Assembly: GCA_016709225.1 (NCBI GenBank) | Contig: JADJEE010000012.1 | Span: forward strand, 1,987,630 to 2,051,629 | From: Deltaproteobacteria bacterium | GTDB lineage: Bacteria > Myxococcota_A > Polyangia > Nannocystales > Nannocystaceae | Direction: 5' to 3' | Length of the DNA: 64,000 nt | Shown: piece after piece, positions 27,869 through 37,415 of the stretch | How positions within the stretch are numbered: the first letter of the stretch is position 1 | Layout: the number at the start of each line of letters is the position of its first letter | Program-made: the position numbers and the translations under genes | The notes under the pieces: generated by a model | Told to the model about the DNA's origin: nothing | Database searches by the model: none | The model's input: only the letters and a program-made list of their open reading frames with translations

Positions 27869-28633
27869 GCACAATTCTCCAGACCGGTGTTTCGGTCGGT
27901 TCGTCGGTACAGATCGTTGCCACGCCGCGCACATGTCCGCGCGCGGTGGCCCAGATTGGCCAAAACTCTGCGGCCGAGCATACGGCCGATTGGGCAGATG
28001 TGTCAACCGATGATTTTGCGTCAGAAGTATGAGTTCTTTACTCGGCGTCTAGCCGGGTCTAGCCGGACAATTTGCGGCGTCGGCAATGCAACACGGTTGG
28101 CATCGTTGGGTGTCAAAGTGACGCTCTCCGGGAGAATAGTCGCGCGGTTTCCGTACGCTGCGCACCTTCGCCAGCGCTGAACCAAGGCGAGGTAAGGAAG
28201 AGACCAGCGTGATGCTTCAATAATTCGCCGGCGGCCGGGGAGCGAGCGCCACCGACCTTTCAGCTCCTGTGGCACGCTACGTCCGAAGTGGGATGGCAAC
28301 GTCGCAGACGTCGTGGACGACACCAGGCGGCTCACCGCGATCGCGATTGCCCCCCTCGTCTCTCGGCCGGTGCGCATTCACTGGTTGTGCAGCTCGGCAG
28401 GAAGTCAGTCAGAAGGAAGACAGCGAGCGCTCCGTGTAGAAGCTCACAAGTGGCCATTGGATCACTCGGCTTGGACCTCAACACCGGTTACCGGGGGCCT
28501 TGAGCTACTGCTCGTCTTGCCGTGGAGGCCGTTCCCCTGGGAGAGAGTTCGTGGGCGGTCGGGTAGATCGTCGAGTAGCGACATGAGGACCGAGGGCGCG
28601 CAGCCACCCGTGTCGATGTCGCGAATCTGTGAC

Positions 28634-28658
28634 AGGCGCACCAAGCGCAGCGCTTCGC
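28634..28658. promoter_or_regulatory. Perfect 11-bp inverted repeat (caagcgcagcg-ctt-cgctgcgcttg) about 50 bp upstream of the Cys-rich lipoprotein gene. Candidate operator.
   Basis: Seen directly in the sequence, inside an 840-bp lower-GC intergenic region between divergent genes. Confidence 0.3.
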
Positions 28659-28708
28659 TGCGCTTGGCATACCTGGACATGACGTGGCGGTGGTGGCATG
28701 CTCAGCGC

Positions 28709-29224
28709 ATGGCAAGATTGTGGTCGCATCCAGCGACTTCGTTTGTTTGTCTCCTATCACTGAGCTGTTCGGACCGGAAAGGCGGCGATGAGGGCGTGGC
28801 GTCTAACACCGCCTCAAGCTCGGACGGGGATGGCGAGAACGGGAACTCCGAGGGTTCTTCCACGACGAGCGAAGCACTCGGGGTCGAGGATTGCGAAGGT
28901 CTCCTTGTCGAGGCCGACTGCAACAACGCCATGCTCGCCGATGTTGGCCAATGCATGTGGGTCCCGAGATACGCACCGGCGCCCGGCGTGACAAGCTGCG
29001 GAGCACAAGACGCAACGGAGGCGTGCGTTGGAATCATCGGTAGTCAGCAGGGATGCGGGCTGTATTCTTGTCCTGGCGATGAAGGCGTCAATATCTACTA
29101 TCGACAAGCAGATGGCGGAATTGAACTGTTCGTCAGCCCTCTGTGCGGCCCGGAACCTGTCGGGGGGTGGATGGCGTGCCAGGCAAACATCCCCGAGTGT
29201 TCTTGTCCCTGCTCTGCTAATTAG
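28709..29224 (+). CDS. Cys-rich lipoprotein, paralogue A
   Basis: MARLWSHPATSFVCLLSLSCS signal peptide. Conserved core C.GI.G.QQGCGL..C…..LY.R…..E.F.SP.CGPEPVG.W.AC……ECSC.C shared with the next gene. Confidence 0.6.
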   Translation: MARLWSHPATSFVCLLSLSCSDRKGGDEGVASNTASSSDGDGENGNSEGSSTTSEALGVEDCEGLLVEADCNNAMLADVGQCMWVPRYAPAPGVTSCGAQDATEACVGIIGSQQGCGLYSCPGDEGVNIYYRQADGGIELFVSPLCGPEPVGGWMACQANIPECSCPCSAN

Positions 29225-29231
29225 GAGGCAT

Positions 29232-29666
29232 ATGAAGCGCGCATGCCTGATCCTGCATGTTACCTTGCTGGGAGTGACAGCCTGCACCCAGACTGAGCTT
29301 GAAGACTGCGAGAAGATTCAGCACGAGTCAAAATGTGAAGATGCCGATGTTGATGGCGCGGGTGCCTGTCATTGGGTCGAGGCCTATCGGCCGTCTGTGT
29401 CGGAAACCGCATGCGAAGTGGGCGAGCCGACCGGCTTGTGCGTCGGCATCGGAGGCACCCAACAGGGCTGCGGTCTCTTTGGGTGCGAGCCAGGGTCCGA
29501 AGATGAATCGGCGAACCTCTACTTCCGCCATGATGGCCCGCAGGTCGAAGTGTTCGGCAGCCCAGAGTGCGGCCCCGAGCCAGTCGGCGATTGGACCGCT
29601 TGCTCGAGCGCCGACGCGCCGGCCGAGTGTAGTTGTCTGTGCGGCGTCGCAGAGCCGCCCTCGTAG
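29232..29666 (+). CDS. Cys-rich lipoprotein, paralogue B
   Basis: AGGAGG ribosome-binding site. MKRACLILHVTLLGVTAC lipobox. Same Cys framework as paralogue A. Confidence 0.65.
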   Translation: MKRACLILHVTLLGVTACTQTELEDCEKIQHESKCEDADVDGAGACHWVEAYRPSVSETACEVGEPTGLCVGIGGTQQGCGLFGCEPGSEDESANLYFRHDGPQVEVFGSPECGPEPVGDWTACSSADAPAECSCLCGVAEPPS

Positions 29667-29730
29667 GGCCGGCGCCGCTAACTTACGATGCGGCATGTGT
29701 CAACGAGAATGAGATTTTTGGGTTGAGAGT

Positions 29731-30797
29731 TTAGTGAAGTCCGAGCTCGCTCTCCGAGCGATTCTCGGGTGGGTTGATCCAGACTGCCTTGGGGAGCGTG
29801 GGCACCTGCGGTGGGCCTGCGACGAAGCGCTCTGGGTTCTTCGCGAAGGCTTCGTTCATCACGAGCTGGCGCTGCGCGAGGACCTCGGTGGCGCGCCCGA
29901 AGAAGACGTCGGCGGGAGTGAGGCGAGCGATGCCGGAGTGCCGGTGCTCGTCGTTGTACCAGGCGAAGAAGCGCCGGCAGAAGTCGCGCGCGTGGTCGAA
30001 GCTCTCGAAGCGCTCCGGGAAATCTGGGTGCGACTTGAGGGTGTGGAACTCGGACTCGGAGTGCGGGTTGTCGTTGCTGACGCGCGGTCGGCTGAACGAC
30101 GCCGTGATCTCGAGGTCGCGCAGCAGCTGCTTCACAGTCTTGCCCCTGGGCACGGGCCCGCGGTCGGCGTGCAGCTTGAGCGTGCCCGGTTCGATCCCGT
30201 GGCGGTTGCACGCCTCGCGGATCAGCTTCGCCGCGAGCTCGCCGCTCTCCTCGTGGGCGAGCATCCAGCCCGGGTTGTAGCGGCTGAAGAGATCGATGAT
30301 CACGTACAGCGGGTAGTAGGTGTACTTCACCGGACCGCGCAGCCACGTCACGTCCCACGTCCAGACCTGGTTGGGTGCCGTGGCGATCAGTTCGGGTCGC
30401 GCGTACTTTGGGTGCCGGGCTTGATCGCGGCGCTCGCGGATCTCGTCCTGCAGCGCCAGAATCCGATACATCGTGCGGGGATGGCAGAGGTAGTGCTGCT
30501 CGTCGAGCAACGTGGCGTGCACGGTCGCCGGCGCCTTGTCGACGAAGCGCTCGGAGTGGAGCACCTCAAGCACGTTGGTCCGCTCGGCTTCGGAGAGCGC
30601 GCGTGAAGGTCGTCGACGTGGTCGGCGGGGGGCCATGCAGGGGCCGGCTGCCGCCAGCGGTACGCAGTGCTCCGCGGCACGCCGAGCGCCTCGCAGGCGA
30701 CCGCCACGCCGAGCTGGTCCGCGAGTTCGTCGACCGCTGCCTTCACGTCGGCTCCTCGGTGTCGTCGCTGTCCAGCCCCAACACCTCCGAGAGTTTT
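29731..30797 (-). CDS. IS3-family transposase OrfB (DDE integrase core), expressed as an OrfAB fusion by -1 frameshifting
   Basis: …VWTWDVTWLRGPVKYTYYPLYVIIDLFSRYNPGWMLA…HADRGPVP…WYNDEHRHSGIARLTP. The upstream part of the listed ORF is out-of-frame junk. Confidence 0.8.
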
Positions 30798-31150
30798 TTT
30801 TGGACCTCGATGATCTTCTCGGCCTTGCGCAGCTTCTCGCGCAGGCGCTCGTTGTCACGCCGCAGCTTCTCCAGCTCGGCCTGCTCCGCCGTCTGCTTCG
30901 GCTTGGGTCCGCGTTTGCGCTCCAACGCCTTCAACGTACCCTCGAGCCTCTGCCCGCGCCAGCTCGTGAGGTGCGACGAGTACAGGCCCTCTCGCCGCAG
31001 CAGTGCGCCCACTTCGCCCGGCTTCGTGCAGGCGTCGGCATCCTGCAGCACGCGCAGCTTGTACTCCTTCGTGAAGCGCCGCCGATGCGCTCTCTCTCGG
31101 GTCTCCGTCTCGACCTTCCGTGGGTTCGCGCTCGATGTCATTTCGTACAT
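30743..31150 (-). CDS. IS3-family transposase OrfA (HTH plus leucine zipper)
   Basis: MYEMTSSANPRKVETETRERAHRRRFTKEYKLRVLQ…LEKLRRDNERLREKLRKAEKIIEVQKKLSEVLG. Ends just after the slippery site. Confidence 0.8.
   Translation of the reverse strand: MYEMTSSANPRKVETETRERAHRRRFTKEYKLRVLQDADACTKPGEVGALLRREGLYSSHLTSWRGQRLEGTLKALERKRGPKPKQTAEQAELEKLRRDNERLREKLRKAEKIIEVQKKLSEVLGLDSDDTEEPT
30794..30801 (-). promoter_or_regulatory. Programmed -1 ribosomal frameshift site: A AAA AAA heptamer, seen as T8 on the plus strand
   Basis: OrfA frame reads …GTC CAA AAA AAA CTC…; the OrfB frame continues at -1. Confidence 0.6.
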
Positions 31151-31452
31151 GGTCCCTCGCGCCCCTCAGTAAATTCCGGCTCGGCAGTGTCTCATCCCTC
31201 GTTGGCACAGGGGGCGCGCTGCTCGACTGGGTACGCGCCGGGGCTCCGGACGCAATGAAGGAGCGTGAGGTCGAGCAGGCCGCGGTTCTGCTCGAGCGCG
31301 TCCTCAACCAAGAGACCGAGCCCGAGCCCGGCCGACCAAGACGAGTACAGACCCGCAGGGGCGTCGCTGGCGTCGCTGAACACCGCGTCTGCGACCCGAA
31401 CATGCGCCACGGCCGAAAAATGCCGCTCACACGCCTTCAACGGCTACAAGCG

Positions 31453-31680
31453 CTAGATCGCGACTTCGATCGACGCGCCGCTCGTGCTCGCAGCCGAAGC
31501 GCGACCCGCCAACCAACCCGAACGCGGGGTGAACCCTCGCTCGTTGACCAAGTAGCGCCGTACGGCGAGTTCCACGAGTTCTTCATCGACCACGGCTTTC
31601 TTGCACATGCCGAGATCGCCGCGCTGGATCGAGACGGCGTGAAAGTCCGCCGTCGTCCCTGGCGCGACCAGACCAAGCAT
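31453..31680 (-). CDS. Small hypothetical ORF (75 aa) between the IS3 element and the metalloprotease gene
   Basis: Good third-position GC bias (MLGLVAPGTTADFHAVSIQRGDLGMCKKAVVDEELVELAVRRYLVNERGFTPRSGWL…), but no recognisable domain. Confidence 0.25.
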   Translation of the reverse strand: MLGLVAPGTTADFHAVSIQRGDLGMCKKAVVDEELVELAVRRYLVNERGFTPRSGWLAGRASAASTSGASIEVAI

Positions 31681-31733
31681 GAAGGCTTCGGCAACAGCGC
31701 CTTCAAGATCGGCCTTCGCCGACGATTAAGTGG

Positions 31734-33647
31734 CTACTCTCTTCGCGGACGTCGCAGAGACCAACCGAGCGCCAGCCCACCGAGCGCGAGAACGAGGCCC
31801 TCACGACCCTCGCCGGGCTGGTTGCACGCGCAGCCGGCCGGCGAGTCCATGTTGATGCTCGGATCGCCCGTGCTCGACTCGTCGGCGTCGCCGCCCGAGC
31901 TGTCCGACGGCGTGCCGGTCGGATCAGTCGTGGTGCCGCCTTCGCCACCCGACGTGTCGGCGCTCTCGACGTGCTTGATTTCGACAACGATAGGGTCGCT
32001 ATACGCGTCGTTTGGGCCGTCGAACACCCTCGCGCCGAAGATGTACGTGCCCTCGGGGATGTTCGTGACGTCGTAGTCGTACGGCGCCTCGAACAGCTTG
32101 AAGTACGGCTTGGGCTGATCGTCGACACCGACCACCTGCACGTAGAGCTCGACCTCGGTCACCAGGCGATCGTCCATCGCCTCGACGTTGATCGTGAAGT
32201 CGCTGCCGGGCTCGAAGATCGCACCGTCCTCCGGGTAGGTGATCGCCGCGGTCGGCGGCGAGATGTCGAGCGGCCACGGCTCGGCCGAGCACTCGAGCGA
32301 GCCGATGTTGCCATCGGCCATCTCGGGCGAACCGCCGTCGCGGCAGGTCGGCGAGCCGCTGCCACCGTCGGGGAACTGCACGTCGATGACCGCGTGGGTG
32401 CCGAGCATGTCGACGACGGTGAACGACACGTTGCCGGTCGGGTCGGTGTACGAGTCGCCCGGCTGCATGAAGTAGCCACCGTCGCTGGCGGCCTCGAGGA
32501 TGTACGGCGACGGCGAGTAGTCGTAGCTGCTCGACAGGTGCAGGAACACGCCGTCGAGACCAGCGTCGACGCCGATCGACTGACGGTACTCGAGGTAGTA
32601 GAAGCGACCGTCGCCGGAGGCGAACTCGAGCGCCTGGGTGCCGTTGCACGGCAGCTCGGTCGGCAGCAAGTTGAAGGTGCCGCTGGTCTCGGTGTTGACG
32701 ACGTTGCAGCCCTCGAGCCAGCCCATGTAGGCCTTCTGCGCCACGTTCATGTGATCGCAGCCGCCGCCCATCGGGTCGTGCGGATCGCCGTACTCGACGT
32801 GCTCGCACTCGCCGTCCATGGTCGGCGCGATCACGCCGGCGGGGCAGTCGTACGAGTGCGAGTGGCCCATGCCGTAGTTGTGGCCGATCTCCTGCGCACG
32901 CACGACGCAGCCGAGGTTGCCGTTGTACCAGCTGTTGCGCGCCGGGGCCTCGACCGAGCCGAGGGTGGCAAGCCCGCCCCAGCCGCACGGCAGGCTGGGA
33001 TAGAAGGCCCACATGTACTGCTTGTACTCGTCGGGATCGTGGCCGTGGTCGACGAACGCCTGCAGGCCGCGATCGGCGATCACGTCGGCGTAGCAGTCAC
33101 CGGGGTCGTCGATCTGGTAGGGGCCGAACACGTCGCCCGCGATGGTCTCCTTGCCGTAGGAGTTCTCGCCGTAGAACACGTTGGTCGAGTCGCCGGCGAT
33201 GAACATGTCCTGGGTGACGGTGCCGTTGTTGGGACCTTGGTTGGCCGGGTTCCAGAACAGCAGCACGGTCGCGATGCGACGGTAGGTGTACTTCTCGGGA
33301 TCGATGAGCGGCTGCGGCGGCAGTGCCAGCACCTCGAGCTCGTCGATCTCGTAGGTCCGCTCGTCGAGCGGCTCGCCCCACACGCGCACGAAGGTCTCGT
33401 AGGCGAGGTCTTGCTCGACCTCGCCGGCGAGCTCGAAGACGCCGTCGGGCGTCTGCACGTGATGGGTGATGCGCGCAGTGCCGTCGTCCATCGACGCGAT
33501 CCGCTTCTCGTACTTGCCCTCGATCGACCCGGCCGTGATGATGCCCGAGCGCGACAGCAGCTCGTCGCCGGGGCTGTCGCCTTGCTGGCATGCGGGCAGG
33601 ACCAGGGCCGTGAGGGACAGTGCAGGGAGCAGGCGGCGAAGGGACAT
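31734..33647 (-). CDS. Secreted zinc metalloprotease (HExxHxxGxxH metzincin-type) with a C-terminal MYXO-CTERM sorting signal
   Basis: HEIGHNYGMGHSH. Signal peptide and lipobox MSLRRLLPALSLTALVLPAC. The C-terminus GCACNQPGEG-REGLVLALGGLALGWSL-RRPRRE is the Myxococcales MYXO-CTERM pattern. GGGGAGGGA ribosome-binding site before the ATG at rc 33647. Confidence 0.8.
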   Translation of the reverse strand: MSLRRLLPALSLTALVLPACQQGDSPGDELLSRSGIITAGSIEGKYEKRIASMDDGTARITHHVQTPDGVFELAGEVEQDLAYETFVRVWGEPLDERTYEIDELEVLALPPQPLIDPEKYTYRRIATVLLFWNPANQGPNNGTVTQDMFIAGDSTNVFYGENSYGKETIAGDVFGPYQIDDPGDCYADVIADRGLQAFVDHGHDPDEYKQYMWAFYPSLPCGWGGLATLGSVEAPARNSWYNGNLGCVVRAQEIGHNYGMGHSHSYDCPAGVIAPTMDGECEHVEYGDPHDPMGGGCDHMNVAQKAYMGWLEGCNVVNTETSGTFNLLPTELPCNGTQALEFASGDGRFYYLEYRQSIGVDAGLDGVFLHLSSSYDYSPSPYILEAASDGGYFMQPGDSYTDPTGNVSFTVVDMLGTHAVIDVQFPDGGSGSPTCRDGGSPEMADGNIGSLECSAEPWPLDISPPTAAITYPEDGAIFEPGSDFTINVEAMDDRLVTEVELYVQVVGVDDQPKPYFKLFEAPYDYDVTNIPEGTYIFGARVFDGPNDAYSDPIVVEIKHVESADTSGGEGGTTTDPTGTPSDSSGGDADESSTGDPSINMDSPAGCACNQPGEGREGLVLALGGLALGWSLRRPRRE

Positions 33648-34039
33648 GCTCCCTCCCCATATCATCCTTTGCGGGCGCTCGCAGCGGCTTTGGGCGGGCG
33701 TGGCGAGGACAGGCTTTGTCGCCGCGCGCAAGCGGGTCCGCGCGTGGGTGCACGCACGATCGAGCGTCCGGAGAGCGCACGCCTCGTCGTCGGACCCGAG
33801 CGTCGCGGACCGACGGCGCGCGCCTGCATGCCGTGCGACAGCACACGATTGCCGCACGCGCGAGCCCGACCCACGCGTGCCGTGCTCGCGCCCGCCGATG
33901 CTGTGCGCTGCGGTCTCGCGGCTCCACGCGTGTGAGCCGATCGCGACGATCACACGCGCAGCCGTGCGGCTCCACACTCGCGACGTGACACGCGCGATGT
34001 CTTCGCGCGCGAGGTTCCTTGCTAGCTTCTTCGACGACG

Positions 34040-35725
34040 ATGCACGACGTTGCCAAAGGTGCAGTGCTCGCACCTGTAGAGTTCGAAGTCGAGCCCAGCC
34101 ACTACCACCACTGGAAGGTCAGCTACGACGGTGCGATCGCACGCGTGGCGATGGCCGTCGATCCGGCGGCGCCACTTCGCGACGGCTACGAGCTGAAGCT
34201 CAACTCGTACGACCTCGGCGTCGACATCGAGCTGGCCGACATCGTGCGTCGCATGCGATTCGAGCACCCCGAGGTGCGCGCGGTGGTGCTGACCTCGGGT
34301 AACGACCGGGTGTTCTGCGCCGGTGCCAACATCAACATGCTCGGGCTCTCGAGCCACGCGTGGAAGGTGAACTTCTGCAAGTTCACCAACGAGACCCGCT
34401 GCGAGATCGAGGATGCGACCGACGCGAGCGCGCAGGTGTGGCTGGCCGCATGCAACGGCACCACCGCCGGCGGCGGCTACGAGCTCGCGCTGGCCTGCAA
34501 CGAGATCTATCTGCAGGATGACGGCAACTCGGCGGTCAGCCTGCCGGAGGTGCCGCTGCTGGGCGTGCTGCCCGGCACCGGCGGACTCACGCGGCTGGTC
34601 GACAAGCGCAAGGTCCGTCGCGACCGCGCCGACGTGTTCTCGACCACCGCCGAGGGCGTGCGCGGCAAGAAGGCCGTGCAGTGGAACCTGGTCGACGCGG
34701 TGTTCCCCCGCTCCAAGTTCGACGAGAAGGTGCTCGAGCGCGCCAAGGCCGTCGCCGACAAGGCCGCGGTCGGGCTCGCGCCGGGCGAGCGCAAGGGCGT
34801 CGCGCTCGGCAAGCTCGCACCCGAGATCACCGACAACGGCCGCCGCTATCGCCACGTCGCGCTCGAGTGGGACGACACCACCCGCGTGGCCAAGCTGACC
34901 GTCGCAGGCCCCACCGCCGACGACGTCGCGGTGGTCGAGCGCGGCGGCGAGGCCATGCGCACGGCCGGCAGCGATCTGTGGTCGCTGCGTGCGTGGCGGG
35001 AGCTCGACGACGCGCTGCTGCACCTGCGCGTCAATCACATGCAGGTCGGGCTGGTGATCGTGCGGACCACCGGCGACCTGCAGCAGACGCTCGCCCACGA
35101 CGCCGCGCTGGTGAAGGCACGCGAGCACTGGTTTGCGCGCGAGGTGCTGCTGCACATGGGCCGCGTGCTGCGGCGCTTCGACAACACCAGCCGCTCGTTC
35201 TTCGCGTTCGGCGACGCCGGCACCTGCTTCGCCGGCTGTCTGCTCGAGCTCGCGCTGGCCTCCGATCGCTTCTACATGCTCGAAGACGAGGACCACCCGG
35301 TGCACGTCGCGGTCTCGGAGCTCGAGGAGGGCGCGCTGCCGATGCACACCGGCCTCACGCGGCTGCAGACGCGCTTGCTGGGCACGCCTGCGCAGCTCGA
35401 GGAGCTGGTCGGCAACCGCAGTCCGCTCGACGCCGAGGCGGCCGACGACGCGGGCCTGGTGACCGTGCGACTCGACGGCATCGACTGGGACGACGACACC
35501 CGCATCGCCATCGAAGAGCGCGCGAGTTTGTCGCCCGACGCGCTCACCGGCATGGAACAGAACCTTCGATTCCCCGGTCCCGAGACGCCCGACAGCAAGA
35601 TCTACGCGCGCCTCACCGCGTGGCAGAACTGGATCTTCATCCGTCCCAACGCGACCGGCCCGGCCGGCGCACTCACCCTCTACGGGCGCCCGGAACGGCC
35701 CCAATTCGACTGGCAGCGCGTGTAG
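34040..35725 (+). CDS. boxC: Benzoyl-CoA-dihydrodiol lyase (BoxC), an enlarged crotonase-fold enzyme
   Basis: About 560 aa. The crotonase motif VFCAGANINMLG is present, and the protein is immediately followed by BoxB. Overall organisation and length match BoxC. Confidence 0.7.
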   Translation: MHDVAKGAVLAPVEFEVEPSHYHHWKVSYDGAIARVAMAVDPAAPLRDGYELKLNSYDLGVDIELADIVRRMRFEHPEVRAVVLTSGNDRVFCAGANINMLGLSSHAWKVNFCKFTNETRCEIEDATDASAQVWLAACNGTTAGGGYELALACNEIYLQDDGNSAVSLPEVPLLGVLPGTGGLTRLVDKRKVRRDRADVFSTTAEGVRGKKAVQWNLVDAVFPRSKFDEKVLERAKAVADKAAVGLAPGERKGVALGKLAPEITDNGRRYRHVALEWDDTTRVAKLTVAGPTADDVAVVERGGEAMRTAGSDLWSLRAWRELDDALLHLRVNHMQVGLVIVRTTGDLQQTLAHDAALVKAREHWFAREVLLHMGRVLRRFDNTSRSFFAFGDAGTCFAGCLLELALASDRFYMLEDEDHPVHVAVSELEEGALPMHTGLTRLQTRLLGTPAQLEELVGNRSPLDAEAADDAGLVTVRLDGIDWDDDTRIAIEERASLSPDALTGMEQNLRFPGPETPDSKIYARLTAWQNWIFIRPNATGPAGALTLYGRPERPQFDWQRV

Positions 35726-35782
35726 TCGACCCACGGTCGGACCACACCAAGTGCACGCTCACAAGGAAGAGACCCGCACACC

Positions 35783-37204
<1,422 letters not shown>

Positions 37205-37415
37205 CGCCACCTCCCCGGCGCGCCGCCGCGCAGACACCCCGCCGGTCGCCGCTCGCGACCCGCGGGGTGTTTCGTTTCATGAGGTTCGGCGCGCGCGGTT
37301 GCACGCGCCCGAGGGGTTCGCCGCGTCATGCCTGGTGGCGCAAGCTCCCACCGAACTTCGGGTCGGCCCGCACGAGCGCGACGCCGCGCGCGAAACCGTG
37401 GCATTCCAGTTCGCA

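Larger units (their letters stand above)
29696..31209 (-). mobile_element. IS3-family insertion sequence, about 1.5 kb, orfA/orfB with a -1 frameshift
   Basis: Terminal inverted repeats TGTGTCAACGAGAATGAGA (left, 29696) and TGTGCCAACGAGGGATGAGA (reverse complement of the right end, 31209). Ends are TG…CA. OrfA and OrfB overlap at an A8 tract. Confidence 0.8.

Noticed and set aside
19156-31680. The idea that the 75-aa ORF at 31453..31680 is the displaced other half or a paralogue of the 3' remnant at 19156..19338
   Set aside because: Only a loose D-F…E-L…F-T-P pattern is shared, and it does not align without shifting. It is insufficient to claim homology.
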